Source: Eledone cirrhosa (taxonomy: Eukaryota). Taken from it: DNA of 64,000 nt. The notes below the pieces were generated by a model. It had not been told where the DNA came from. It was given only the letters and a program-made list of their open reading frames with translations, and made no database searches. The position numbers were made by a program, and so were the translations under genes. The DNA lies in contig OZ024741.1 of NCBI GenBank assembly GCA_964016885.1, forward strand, positions 304,854,001 to 304,918,000. The letters are read 5' to 3'. This document shows positions 38,223 through 53,926 of the stretch, in pieces; positions within the stretch are counted from its first letter, which is position 1; the number at the start of each line of letters is the position of its first letter.

Positions 38223-38377
38223 TATATATATATATATATATATATATATGGATATAGATATATATATATATATGGATAGATATATATATATATATGGATA
38301 TATATATATATATGGATAAATATATATATATATATATATATATATGGATTTATATATATATATATATATATGGATTT

Positions 38378-38409
<32 letters not shown>

Positions 38410-38721
38410 GGATATATAGATATATATATATATATATGAATATAGATATATATATGGATATAGATATATATATATATATGGATATAGATATATATATAGA
38501 TATATATATGGATATAGATATATATATATATATATGGATATAGATATATATATATATATATGAATATAGATATATATATGGATATAGATATATATATATA
38601 TATGGATATAGATATATATATAGATATATATATGGATATAGATATATATATGGATATAGATATATATATATATATATGGATATAGATATATATATATGGA
38701 TATAGATATATATATATATAT

Positions 38722-38763
<42 letters not shown>

Positions 38764-38826
38764 ATATAGATATATATATATATATATATATGGATATAGA
38801 TATATATATATATATATATATATATA

Positions 38827-38865
<39 letters not shown>

Positions 38866-38946
38866 GGATATATATATATGGATATATATATATATATATA
38901 TGGATATATATGGATATATATATATATTATATGGATATATATATAT

Positions 38947-39190
38947 ATATTGTTATACTTTGGGAGGGTCATGTTGCCAATAAGAAACACACGCACCAGT
39001 TGCTTTCACTTCAATTTATTATATATTTATAAATTTATGAATTTACAAATCTACAAACTTATAAATTGAAGTGAAAGCAACTGGTGCGTGTGTTTCTTAT
39101 TGGCAACATGACCCTCCCAAAGTATAACAATATCGGTTTCAACACACGATTTCAGATAAAGAATCTTGCTAAACAAATTCAGAAACGAAA
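38947..39190. repeat. Fold-back unit copy 2
   Basis: Near-identical direct copy 968 bp downstream of copy 1. Confidence 0.9.
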
Positions 39191-39273
39191 TATATATATA
39201 TATATATATATATGGATATAGATATATATATATATATATGGATATATATATATATATATATATAGATATATAT

Positions 39274-39307
<34 letters not shown>

Positions 39308-39649
39308 ATGGATATAGATATATGTATATATAGATATATATATATATAGATATAGATAGATATAGATATATATGGATATAGATATATATATAGAGATATA
39401 TATATAGAGATATATATATATGGATATATATATATATATATATATATGGATATATATATATATATATATATGGATATAGATATATATATATATGGATATA
39501 GATATATATATATATGGATATAGATATATATATATATGGATATAGATATATATATATATATGTATATATATGGATATAGATATATATGGATATAGATATA
39601 TATATATATGGATATAGATATATATATATATGTATATAGATATATATAG

Positions 39650-39680
<31 letters not shown>

Positions 39681-39812
39681 GATTATATATATATATATAT
39701 ATATATAGATATATATATATATGTATATATATATATAGATATATATATATATGTATATAGATATATAGATATATGTATATATATATATATATAGATATAT
39801 GGATATATATAG

Positions 39813-39845
<33 letters not shown>

Positions 39846-39988
39846 TATAGATATATGGATATATATAGATATATATATATATGTATATATATATATAGAT
39901 ATATGGATATATATAGATATATGGATATATATAGATATATGGATATATGTATATATATATAGATATATATATCTATGGATATATATAG

Positions 39989-40019
<31 letters not shown>

Positions 40020-40090
40020 GATATATATATCTATGGATATAGATATATATATCTATGTATATAGATATATATATCTATGGATATATATAG

Positions 40091-40121
<31 letters not shown>

Positions 40122-40246
40122 GATATATATATCTATGGATATAGATATATATATCTATGGATATAGATATATATATCTATGTATATAGATATCTATATCT
40201 ATGGATATAGATATATATATCTATGGATATAGATATATATATATAT

Positions 40247-40288
<42 letters not shown>

Positions 40289-40461
40289 ATGTGTATATAT
40301 ATATATATATGGATGTGTGTATATATATATATATGGATGTGTATATATATATATATATGGATGTATATATATATATATGGATTTATATATATGGATATAT
40401 ATATATATATGGATGTATATATATATATCCATATGTATATATATATATCCATATATATATC

Positions 40462-40495
<34 letters not shown>

Positions 40496-40497
40496 CA

Positions 40498-40536
<39 letters not shown>

Positions 40537-40569
40537 ATATGTATATATATATATGTATATATATATATG

Positions 40570-40616
<47 letters not shown>

Positions 40617-40625
40617 GTATATATG

Positions 40626-40679
<54 letters not shown>

Positions 40680-40695
40680 CATCCATATATATATG

Positions 40696-40727
<32 letters not shown>

Positions 40728-40789
40728 CATCCATATATATATGTATATATATATATATGTATATATATATATACATCCATATATATATG

Positions 40790-40829
<40 letters not shown>

Positions 40830-40845
40830 TACATCCATATATATG

Positions 40846-40885
<40 letters not shown>

Positions 40886-40903
40886 TATACATCCATATAT
40901 ATG

Positions 40904-40965
<62 letters not shown>

Positions 40966-41209
40966 TATACATCCATATATATATATATATCCATATATAT
41001 ATATATATATATATATAATCCATATATATATATATCCATATATATATATATCTACATATATATATATATCCATATATCTATATATATATATATATATATA
41101 TAAATATATCCATATATAAATATATATATATATATATATAAATATATCCATATATAAATATATATATATATATAAATATATCCATATATAAATATATATA
41201 AATATATCC

Positions 41210-41243
<34 letters not shown>

Positions 41244-41279
41244 CCATATATAAATATATATATATATATATAAATATAT

Positions 41280-41330
<51 letters not shown>

Positions 41331-41333
41331 TAT

Positions 41334-41388
<55 letters not shown>

Positions 41389-41391
41389 TAT

Positions 41392-41432
<41 letters not shown>

Positions 41433-41435
41433 TAT

Positions 41436-41481
<46 letters not shown>

Positions 41482-41608
41482 ATATATATATATATATATC
41501 CATATATATATATCTATATCTATATATATATCTATATATATATATATATATATCTATATATATATCCATATATATATATATATATCTATATATATATCTA
41601 TATATATA

Positions 41609-41641
<33 letters not shown>

Positions 41642-41660
41642 ATATATATCTATATATATA

Positions 41661-41693
<33 letters not shown>

Positions 41694-41714
41694 ATATATA
41701 TCTATATATATATC

Positions 41715-41746
<32 letters not shown>

Positions 41747-41910
41747 TATATCTATATATATATCCATATATATATATATATCCATATATATATATATATC
41801 CATATATATATATATATATATATCCATATATATATATATATATCCATATATATATATATATCCATATATATATATGGTTATACATATATGGATGTATATA
41901 TACATATATG

Positions 41911-41955
<45 letters not shown>

Positions 41956-42033
41956 ATATATATATATATATATATATCCATATATATATATATATATATC
42001 CATATATATATATATATCCATATATATATATAT

Positions 42034-42075
<42 letters not shown>

Positions 42076-42121
42076 ATATATATATATATATATATATGGA
42101 TATATATATATATATATATAT

Positions 42122-42156
<35 letters not shown>

Positions 42157-42600
42157 CATATATGTATATACATATATATATATATATATATGGATATATA
42201 TATATATATGGATATATATATATGTATATCCATATATATATATGGATATATATATATATATATATGGATATATATATATCCATATATATATATATCCATA
42301 TATATATATATATCATATATATATATGGATATATATATATGGATGTATATATACATATATATATGGATGTATATATATATATATATATGGATGTATATAT
42401 ATATATATATATATGGATGTATATATATATATATATATGGATATATATATATATATAGATATATATAGGATATAGATATATATATATATATATATGGATA
42501 TAGATATATATATATGGATATATATATGTGGATATATATATGGATATATAGATATATATATATATATATATGAATATATATAGATATATATATATATATA

Positions 42601-42636
<36 letters not shown>

Positions 42637-42933
42637 TATATATATATATATGAATATAGATATATATATATATGAATATAGATATATATATATATGAATA
42701 TATATATGAATATATATATATATATGAATATAGATATATATATATATATGAATATAGATATATATATATATGAATATAGATATATATATATATATGAATA
42801 TAGATATATATATATATGAATATAGATATATATATATATGAATATAGATATATATATATATATAGATATATGAATATATATATATAGATATATATATATA
42901 TATATATGGATATATATATGGATATATATATAT

Positions 42934-42976
<43 letters not shown>

Positions 42977-42996
42977 TATATATATATATATATATA

Positions 42997-43036
<40 letters not shown>

Positions 43037-43467
43037 TATATATATATGGATATATATATATATGGATATATATATAGATAGATATATATAGGTATATATA
43101 TAGGTATATATATATGGATAGATATATATAGATATATATATGGATATATATATATAGATATATATAGATATATATATATGGATATAGATATATATAGATA
43201 TATATATATGGATATATATATGGATATAGATATATATAGATATATATATATGGATATATATATAGATATATAGATATATATATATGGATATATATATAGA
43301 TATATATATATGGATATATATATAGATATATAGATATATATATATATAGATATATATATGGATATATATATATATATATATGGATATATATATATAGATA
43401 TATATATATATATAGATATATATATATGGATATATAGATATATATATATATATAGATATATATATAT

Positions 43468-43502
<35 letters not shown>

Positions 43503-45254
43503 TATATATATATGGATATATATATATATATATATATATATATGGATATATATATATATATATCCATATATATATATATATCCATATATATATATATATC
43601 CATATATATATATATATCCATATATATATATATATCCATATATATATATATATCCATATATATATATATATCCATATATATATATATATATCTATATATA
43701 TATCCATATATATATATATCCATATATAGATATATATATATGGATATACATATATATATATATGGATATATATATATATGGATATATATATAGATATATA
43801 TATATATATATCCATATATATATATATATATATATGGATATATATATATATATATGGATATATATAATTATGGGTGGGTTTTCAATGGGTATCAGGAGGT
43901 AACCACAATATAGGCATTCTTATAAAATCATTTCTGATTATATATATATGTATGTTTGTGTGTATAAAATCATTTCTGATTATATATATATATACATGTT
44001 TAGACACACAAACCAAGTTTATGACATTTTAACACTGAGCAATTAATTAAAATAGCAAAATAACAATTTATTCAGATTCTTTAACCTTTTTATTACCATA
44101 TTTCTAATGAAATGCATTCTAATTTTCAAATAACAATTGAGAGTTCAGAGTGATTTAGTAATATAATGGACTTCCTGGTGTTTGAAACAACTTAACAAAG
44201 GTTCTTCAATAAAATTATGATTGAATGTTTTTACATAAATATAAACAGTTTAAAACAAGTTTTAAAGTGGTTTGGTATATAACTGTTAACATAAAAAATT
44301 AAAGATTAATATAGTATAAAAATTAAAAATGTATGAGCTGAGAAGGCAATATCTGAAAATTTACAACCCTTGCATTTATTGTCTTGACCGTCATTCTCAT
44401 TATCATCATTTAATGTCCATGTTTCCTGCTAGCAAAGGTTGAATGTGATGTCACAGACTAGTCAGTAGTTAAGCAGAGCCTCTGACCTCCAGAGGCTGGA
44501 CATAGATTCCATGCTCTATTGAGTACCTTTTATTGTGGCACCAACTCTACAAAAGTTGTCATGTCTTTGACATAGCTCAGAACTTTTCCTGACTCTTTGT
44601 TTGGCAGGTTTTCTATGGGTGTATGCTCTTCCTATCACTAATCACATTACAGAATATAGGGAATAGAAATGAACAAACATAATCTCAAAACAACCTTGAT
44701 AAAAGTTCCAACTATCCTCTTTGAGATAATCCAACTAAAGCCTGCTCTAGAATTTGGTGTCTCATTTTTATATGTTAGGTACAATGTTTGCATAATCATC
44801 ACTGTTTATGTCTGTTTTCCATGCATAGGTTAGACCAATTGTCATGTTCTGAGTTTAGACAAGTCAGATGATTGCATCTCACTCATATGTTCCATTCTGG
44901 CATAGTTTCTCTGGCTGGATGTTCTTACTAACATCAACCACTTCACAGCATGTACCATGTACATTTTATTGTGGCACTGTGCCACTATCACCTGACTTGG
45001 TGGACTGGGTGCTTTTTATTGTGGTGCCAACATTACCACTTTACAGATGTCTATAATCATATTGCAAGAATTTGCTTGTCAATCAAGTTTATTTTTGATT
45101 TTTCCCTCTGACATTCATTTTACTGAAGTGCACCCATATTCTAATCAATGTGAGTGTGAATGTGTGTGCAACTGAACTTGGTCAGAATAATCATTAGGTA
45201 AAACTTTCGATTTCTAAATTGAAACTATGCTTCTATTATTACATGTCTATTACT

Positions 45255-45455
45255 GCAATGGATTGGCAGAATCGTTAAAGCTTTGTGGCAATTAGTTAAG
45301 GCCCTTTATGTTCTGACTTCAAATCCTGCTGAGGTCAACTTTGCTTTTCATCCTTTTCAGAGGTTGATAAAATAAAGTGTCAGTCAAGAACTGGGTTGAT
45401 TTAATTGGCTTTCCTATCCTCCAAATTACTGGCCTTGTGCTTAAATTAGAAATCA
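45255..45455 (+). mobile_element. tRNA-derived Meta-like SINE
   Basis: TGGCAGAATCGTTA head, TTCAAATCC B-box, same core as 459-584. Further copies lie near 6345, 7450, 16760, 22170, 47870, 48800, 49190, 51725, 59962 and 60770. Confidence 0.75.
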
Positions 45456-48400
45456 GTATTACATGTCTATAGTTATCACTTAACACTTTCAATACTAACC
45501 ATCTGAGTCCACACATGATTCAATGACATAAAACCTCTCATTTTAAACTGTTTATGTTTAAATTAAAACCTTCCATCTTAATGTTATGTTCCAAACACCA
45601 GTTTAATAATGACAGTAATTTTAAATGATCCAAAGTTATTTTACACAATTACAAAACAACCATTCTTGGTCATTTTCAAAATTATTTGAAACATAGGAAA
45701 TGTGTTTCATTAGTAGTGTGGTCAAGGAAAGGGTTAAATATGTTTTAATTTCTAACTTAGATTTAGTAATATTTTCTCTAGTTTAAATAACACTGCCCTT
45801 ATTTTCTTTGCTTTTCTTTTGTAAATGATTAACATTTTCATAAATTTACATACATGTGCATATGTTTGTAGTATGTATGTGTGTATATACACACACACAC
45901 ATATATAAGAATAACATTAAAAAAGATGGTGGTATTACATATCTCTTTTAATGTTATTCTTATACTGAATTTCATTGTAACTACACACTACAAATGTAGA
46001 GAGCTTTCTTCTGCTTGCTTCTGTTTTTTACCAAAACAACTTTTACTGAACACACACACACGCGCGATCTATTTGATATTGTAGAATATACTAATATATC
46101 ATAATAGCCTATATACTGAGCGTGAGCTTTACATCCTAGTATCATTAACATTTGCACACTGAATGATTGTGTAATACTCCCATTAGGAAACCATTGGTTA
46201 TTTTCATGTATCTGCATTGGTTATTTTCATGCATCTGCCATATAAGACAAGTGCCACTTTGTGGTTCACTCCAAATTCTGCTCCCTATTAAATTTTGTTC
46301 TTGTTTTTTTTGTTACACATTAAAACTATAGGTACTTAATTAAATAATCAACTTCAGGTTTTTCATTATTAATATTTGCATTTATTTAAGTTTAGAATTT
46401 ATAAGAAGAAAAAAAAAAAGAGCCAACGAAAAATTGATTTAGTAATACACTTTTTTTTCTTGTGTTTACTTTGTCATTTCTTGCTGTCATACATCTCCAC
46501 CTACTGTTTGTCATTCATATTTCATCTCTGTATAATGTCATACACAAGGTTTTTTAAAAAAATTATTGGCTTTTAAACTTATGCTTTTTTGATTACTGTA
46601 AGAATTAGTACTGCTACAATTATTATTAATATTATTATTATTATTATTGCTATTACTACTACTACTACTACTACTACTAATAATAATAAAATTATTATTG
46701 TTATTATTTGTCATTGGTGGTGGTAGTATTCATTGGTTCTTTTTCATATCCATTGACTTTGCAATTTGGAATAGTAGTTTTCAAGGTTTGTTACTAACAT
46801 TAATATTCTTTAGTTTTGATTGTTGTGGTGGGAAAATTCTTCAAGTGGAATCACCTATGACACATATATACATCTGTTATGATTTTAAGAAGGGAATATT
46901 CCAGTTTTTATCTGCCACTGATCAAATATATTGGTTTCTGTTCATTTATTATTTAGAAGTTATCTCTTAAAAATGACATTTCAAAACTATGTTTCTTTAT
47001 ATAAATGTAATTCAAAGGAATAAACTTTATAAAGAAGCCCTTTATCTTGCTCTCTCTTTATCTGTCTTTCTCTCTTGCTATCCCTCTCATCCTCCTTTTT
47101 TTCCTTTTCACTTTTAAACAAACATCTTGATTATAGGAGACAAAGAAATAAAAAAACAAACAATACAAGTAGTTATTGAATAAAAACATTAAAAAAGGGT
47201 TTCAATGTATAAACTCTGAAGCATTTTTAGATTTTATGCTTAGAAAAAAAAACATACCTTGCATTCAAGATTGTGAACTTTAATCTTATATAATTCTTTT
47301 TTTATATTTTAGTTTGTTACATCTTGGAAAGTCAACCATTTATTATATTAAAGAAATCTTTATAAAAAAAAATAATGGTCATTCTGATTTTAATGTTTTC
47401 TACTCAACGTCAGTATGTATCATCATCATATGTCCACTTTCCATGATGGCATGGGTTGGACTTGCAATCCACACATTTGGTTTGTTACTCATCACTCTTC
47501 ATCTACTCTATTATAGCGTCCTTTGTATCTACTATATTTGAACTAACATGATATAGAAATTGGCAGGGGACCTAATCTACAGTGGAGGTGGTTGTTGCAA
47601 ATGTATAGTAGCCAAAGTTAGAATGTAGTGGAACATATTTAGGGAACTATTACCTCTGTTAACTACAGGATTTTTCTCTTTCAGTTAAGGCAAGCGATAT
47701 GATGTTTTCATGTGATGTTGCATGTTAGACAGCCTGGAAATAAATGATATGAGCATCCTCAAATGTTTAATCATTGATTAATGTTCATTTCCCCTGCTAG
47801 CAAGGGTTGGATATGTTATAGACCTTTCAGTACTCAGTCGGAGCCACTGACCTCTAGCATTTAGTTTAGTCCTTTACATTCTGAGTTCAAGGCCTGCCAA
47901 GATTAGCTTTGCCTGTCATCTTTACGAGATCAATAAAATCAAGTACTAGTTAAGTAATGTGGTCAATATAATTGATTTTCCATTTTCCCCAAATTGCTGG
48001 CCCTGTGTTACAACATTGCCTTGCATCCTCCTGGGATCGATAAAGTACAGTCATAGTCAAACACTGAGGTCGATGTAATCGACTTCCCCTCCTTACCACA
48101 AATTGTTGGCCTTGTGCCTAAATTTTGATTCAGGTATGATAAAAGGTTAAGTGATACTTGTCAGAATTCAAATTTGGACATCTATTAGCTTACTGTTTTA
48201 CTGTTCAAACCTTATGTTTCAGTGCTGTATTATCAACAAGTGAGCAAAACCCTTTCACTTCACATTTGTAATACAAATATCACAATAACTATTTACATTT
48301 CCCTATAAATCAGAAGGCTTTGTGTTTATATAAAAATTATTTGTATCAAATTTTTGAAACCTTAATATTTTGTGATTATTTAATATTTATCTAAAACAAA

Positions 48401-50053
48401 ATCTGATTTAGATTTTTTTTTCATCAGCCATGCATCTGTCAATATAATTCAAGGTTAATTCCAAAATACTCATCTATGCCATGAGACTGTAACACTATTA
48501 CAAATATGAACCTAGAATATTTATTTCAGTCACAAAATACTTATAAGAAAGTATGAAAACAACTAGAACAGAAAGCGCCTAGTCCATCCCATGATGAGTA
48601 TGAAACCTATGATGAGGCCTGCTTTAACAGAAAATGGCCTTGAAATGCTTGTATGTATAGACTCATAACTCCTGGTGCAGTTGTAGGGGCACAGTAGTGA
48701 CATGCAGGTTTTTTTTTGTATTTTAAACTTGGCAGATCCCATTCCTCTCCAGGTTTAAACATGATTGATACCTTCCAGAAAAAGAGAGGAAGTGAGAAAG
48801 AAATATAGAGGAAGAATTGACCTTAATGCTGGACTGGTATTTCTTTTATCAACCTCAAAAGGATGAAAGGCAAAGTTGATTTTAATGGGATTTGAACTCG
48901 GAGTGCAGAGAACTAGAACAAATATCACAAAGCTTTCTACCTGACAGTCTGATAACCCTACCAATTAGTCACCTTGTTTATATTACCACAAAACCTTACC
49001 AACTGCTCGATCAGGGCTACACAATAACAATCTGATTGATTGTGTTATAAAAAGTAATAATAGCTTTTCTAGGACTTACGTAATCTTCATTCAGTGTAGT
49101 TAAAAATAAACTCTTGAAAGGCTTAATTGGTTAACTCTCTTAAATTAAACTTGTCAGTATCTGAAATCTGGTGTATTAATTACCTGTTGTGATGGATTGG
49201 TAGAATCATTAGTGTATCAGATAAAATGCTTTATGGCATTTAGGTCAACTCTGCCTGTCATCCTTCTAGGGTTGATCAAATAAAGTACCAATAAAGTATT
49301 TGGGCTATTGACTTCTCCCTCAAATTGCAGGCCTTGTGCCTAAATTAAAAACCATTATATGACATCAAAATATTCATTTTAAGGAAATTTTTACTAACAG
49401 TAGTCTATACTTCTCTTAACTCTTTAGCATTTAAATCAGCTGTATCCGACCAGAATTCTCCCATCTCTTTCTGTTCAAACCAGCTGCTCATATTGATGTT
49501 AAGGTATTTTTCTCAAATTAAATAATATCAAAATAAAGCTAGCATCTTAGAGGAAGATATCAAATTCCCAGAAAGAAAACTGCTGAATGGTTACAGTTGG
49601 AATGTTTTTGCTCATGGATCTTCTTGATCAGACTGACTTGGGAGCTAACAAACAAAAACAAAAACAAGTTGGAATCTATCTCACACTCTGGCTTCCAAAC
49701 GGTTTGGCAATAGTGTTATTTCTTAACACTGTGATATCACCCTGATAAATCCATAGCTATTTTCACTTTGAAATTGGAAATATTAATCAAATTACATCAT
49801 CATCAGTCATTTTTACATCTGTTTTGCCACACTTGCATGGGTTGGACAGGTCTTTTTCAGCACAGCATCCCTCTCACCAACTCCGCCCAGGTCTTCCTTG
49901 GTCTATCTCTACTGTGGCTTCCTTTAATGTAAATACCTAAATTGATCAACACCAGGCTGACATTGTTTACTGAAAAAGATTATGCCAGAATCTTTAGAAC
50001 TATGCTAAGAATGTGAATAAGGAATAAAAAGTTATTCATTTTTGTCTTTGTTG

Positions 50054-50566
50054 TGTTGTATATAGTATGTAAACGGAAAAAATGAAACGAAATTTCATTT
50101 CCCACTCTTAGTACGGCTGTTACTTAAATATAAGTATGTACACATACATTCATATATGTATACAGACGTACAGTAGTATGTATATATATATACATACATG
50201 CACACATATATATATATGTACGTAGGGATTCACCGAACATTTATTATAATGCTCGGTGTGTTTGTAAACAAACATCCCGTATTAAGCCGTAGTGTCCAGC
50301 AACCATCGTTGCTCGTTTGTTCAACACTGACAAAGGAACGCTGTACTAGTTTCAAGCTTATTAGCTATCGTCAGCAACGTATACCTTCCTGCCAGATTGT
50401 TGAACGTATATACTTACCTTATGCATATTAACAGCTGAGAAGCCCAATTTGCATACCGAGTGGGTTAATCGGCCCGGTGCACCGAAAACGATAAACGGAA
50501 AAAATGAAACGAAATTTCATTTTCCACTCTTAGTACGGCTGTTACTTAAATATAAGTATATACAAC
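50054..50566. repeat. Unclassified element with ~72-bp direct repeats and short terminal inverted repeats
   Basis: TAAACGGAAAAAATGAAACGAAATTTCATTT...TAAGTAT at 50070-50142 and 50492-50563; TGTTGTATATA and TATATACAACA at the ends. Confidence 0.7.
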
Positions 50567-52018
50567 AGTTATAGTAGTCCTCTGCCATCGTAGTTACTTT
50601 AACATTGTTCAGTGAGTTAGAAACGTTTGCAGTATTTATGACAGAACCATCCAACTCATATCAAACATTAAAATGACGGTGGCATTGGTGATGATGATGA
50701 CGACAATGAATTTGGAGGGGTGTACTGAATTATTTCGTAATGAAGATGGTTTTTATGTTAAATTATGCTGGAAGATGTTCATATAAATAGGGGTTTTGTT
50801 TTTGTTTCATTGAACCGGATAATGTGTTTTGGTTCATAGAACTAGAGTTTTGGATGGATTGGTACCAAACGGAGCATTTACATTACTCTATATTTACTAT
50901 TGTATTTTCATGGTAAATGCTTTATTTCACATAATATCGAATTTATGAGGCTTTGATATTATTTATTTTGAGAACAATACCTTAACATAAGTATGAGCAG
51001 CTGGTTTGAACAGAAAGAGGTGAAAGAATTCTGGCCTGATATGGCCAGTTTAAATGCTAAAGGGTTAAAGGCAAAGAAAAAATCTGAACATGGTTGGTAT
51101 TGAAAAATGTAATGATATTTGCTGTTTTTCTGTTAATATTTATCAAACTTAACAGCATTTGATGGTGTTAGCTAATTCATTTTTTATTTCTTTGTGATAG
51201 GTAAGAGAAGACATGAAGTACACACACATTCATTTTAGTCAATTTTTTTAGGCAAGCCAAGTCGCAATGGATTATAGTGAGGCTAAGCACTCGTGCGGGC
51301 ATCACCTGAAACTTCAGTAAGACGAGCCAGCAATGTTGATAAGTCTTGAATACATAGACAGTATTATGATCAACTGTATCATTGGAGTACACTCAATATT
51401 TTTTTCGTGGTTAATAATTCAGACTAGACAGTGCATTGATTATATGCATAACTACTCATTTTACCTGTACATAGCAGCTAAGTAGATGTTAGGAGAAGAA
51501 TGTCAACTCTTTGAATAATAGTTTGTATTTATGGACAGATAGTTCTTCATAGTCGTAGGGGTGCTGTAATGGCACATGCATGCCTTGGGTATTTTAAACT
51601 TGGTGGCAGAGACCATCCCTCTCTAGGTTTGAACACAGCCGATTTCATCCAATATTGAAGTTGTCCTTCTAAGTTTGCTGAATTTCTGCCTACACTAGAA
51701 ATCAATACATTTTTTTATAAAAAAGGGCAGTGAATTTGCAGAATCATTTGTGAGCTAGATGAAATACAGTGTAGTATTTCGTTATGGCCCTCTACGTTCT
51801 GGTTTTAAATCCCGTTGAAGTCAACTTTGCCTTACATCCTTCTGGGGCAATAAAATAAAGTACCAGTTGAGTATTGGATCAATTTAATTGGCTCTCCCGC
51901 CTCACAAAAAAATTGATGACCTTGTACCTAAATCAGAAATAAAAACAAAACAAAACTATTTTTATCAAAATGTAGTTATCTCCCTTCAACGGGAGACAAA
52001 TCCTTGAACGAAGAGAAA

Positions 52019-52154
52019 ATGTCAGTGCCTGTGTGGTACCAAAAAGTTATTTCCATTTCACCAAAAAAGCGAGGATGTCATCTGATACAGAATGAAGTGG
52101 AAAACTCTATGCCAGAGATCCGCAATTTAAAGCATGGCCTACTTCATATTCTTA
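52019..52154 (+). CDS. yjbQ: UPF0047/YjbQ family protein, first coding exon
   Basis: MSVPVWYQKVISISPKKRGCHLIQNEV...GLLHIL (family motif W.Q...RGCHLI); GTAAG donor. Confidence 0.88.
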
Positions 52155-52919
52155 GTAAGACCGAAATTATTTCGAATTTTTGCTTTATAATTTCACTAAG
52201 TATGATTTATATTTATATTAATTACTTATTGCTCGAACTAGTACATGATTTGTTTAATAATTTCTCGTTTCGTAAATTCTGCATGTCGAAATTACCTTGT
52301 TACCTTGTTTTTAAGAGATGTTTTAGTAAATTGTTATTATTACATGTCTCCGAGATAGATGTTACGGTGTTCTCGGGTAGGGGAACTATAGTAAACGAGT
52401 AACTGAGACAATATTGAAGTCCATATTCGTTCGAAACATAAAAAAACCATAGGAAAAACAAAAAGTTCACCTTGAAAATACTAACTCTATTTGATTTCTT
52501 TAAAAAACTTTCCATCGTAATTTTGTTTAATAACTTTTGTTAGGTTCCAAACACCAGCTTAATAATTCTTACAGAATGAAAATATAACATGTATATACAA
52601 TTAATTATTGCTAGGATCCTCACAAATACAATGCTAAGATATATATGATCAAAGCCAGAGAAAAAAATCTAACTACCCTGAAAATTAAAAAGAAATACTA
52701 TAACACCTATTTATTCTCCAGTTTTATTTTAGAAACTCACTGGATAACAGACAAGACATGGAACTGGCATTTAGAAATTCCATTTTAGGTTCTGTAGTAC
52801 CAAGTCATCATATTACTACTGAACTAAGCATTTCTTCTTTAAAAGCGAGTTATGGGGTTCGTTTAACTACTGTTATAGTAGTGCTCTGCCATCGTTGAAG
52901 CTTATTGTCAGATTATTAT

Positions 52920-53200
52920 TATTTTTTTTTTCGTAATATATCATATGCTGTAGAGCTGATCATGTAGACGCTGAAACAGTGGAAACTTCCAGCGTTCTTG
53001 GTCCCTAGGACCACATCTCTACTCACTGCTATCGGAGCAGAGTTGGTTGTCCGCAAGTGTGACCCACGAGGTGGAGTGGTTGTTCCAGTGCGTATCTCTC
53101 ACCGTTCTCCGGTGTAATGCATTCTTTATAATGTTGGCCGGGATCGAAGAGGCGGAGGGCAAGTTAGTTGGAAGTGGAAGATACTCATTCGGACGTCACA
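52920..53200 (-). mobile_element. Probable LINE 3' relic with oligo-A tail
   Basis: T-run at 52922-52931 followed by GC-richer sequence; family not resolved. Confidence 0.4.
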
Positions 53201-53926
53201 CATTTACATATACTTCAAATGAAAATTGATAGCTTTTTCGTAGTTTCGTAGAAGACTTAGAGCACAGGTTCTCAACCCATTTAGGCCAAACGCCCCCTTT
53301 TGTCCCTCAAAATCACGAAACGCCCCCTAGCCTATTTTTCCTTTTTCAATATACTACTGATTTTGATATCTGTAGATTATTAAAAAATTGATTAACAATA
53401 TTCCAAAGATACCATCGTAGGCAGCTGAGAGTATAAATACATTCCTTGAAAGGAAATATATAAATTTCAAAAAAAGGAACATAAATGTTCTTTTTTATGA
53501 ATAAAGACCAGTTGAATTTGTTATATTCCCACCAGGCGATACCAACTATTTTGAACATTTATACAAGAGCAACTCTGTCTATCCATAGAGTGCTCTTATC
53601 TGGAAGAAAGTGGCAATTATATCATTTCAAAGCTTTCCAATTTTCTTTTTAATGAAACAGACAGAATAAATGTTGATATCTAACTTGATGTCCCCTCTGC
53701 TTTGTGAGCTTAGAGACCACGGAAGAGGGTTTTCATGACCACGCGGGAGGGTATATTTATTAGTAAATGGTAAAATATATACAACAAATGAGTACGTGAA
53801 TTGTAGTAGATGGTTTCCAGTCCAGTCAGACTGCAACTACAAATAAAAAAAATTGTTAGTTTGCTTTGTGACAATAGCATATCCAAGTTTTTGGATAAAT
53901 CAACTTACTTTAACTTTGACCTCATT

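Larger units (their letters stand above)
34925..43866. repeat. ~9-kb interrupted (TA)n satellite with ATGG/CCAT/GA punctuation and embedded unique islands
   Basis: Continuous AT dinucleotide sea; source of the spurious YI-rich ORFs. Confidence 0.97.

Noticed and set aside
34775-43815. Dozens of long Tyr/Ile-rich ORFs (up to 669 aa)
   Set aside because: They are translations of (TA)n, which has no stop codons; no protein signal.
48606-48648. TGATGA-GGCC...GGCC-TTGAAA hammerhead-like motif
   Set aside because: The core is broken (no C before UGA, extra TT before GAAA) and there is no convincing stem I.
50566-50595. TTATAGTAGT(C/G)CTCTGCCATCGT repeated near 52873, either side of YjbQ exon 1
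   Set aside because: Only ~23 bp and two copies; cannot be distinguished from a small repeat remnant.
52004-52402. 132-aa ORF as a complete gene
   Set aside because: Only 52019-52154 is YjbQ-like; the rest is read-through past a GTAAG donor into the intron.
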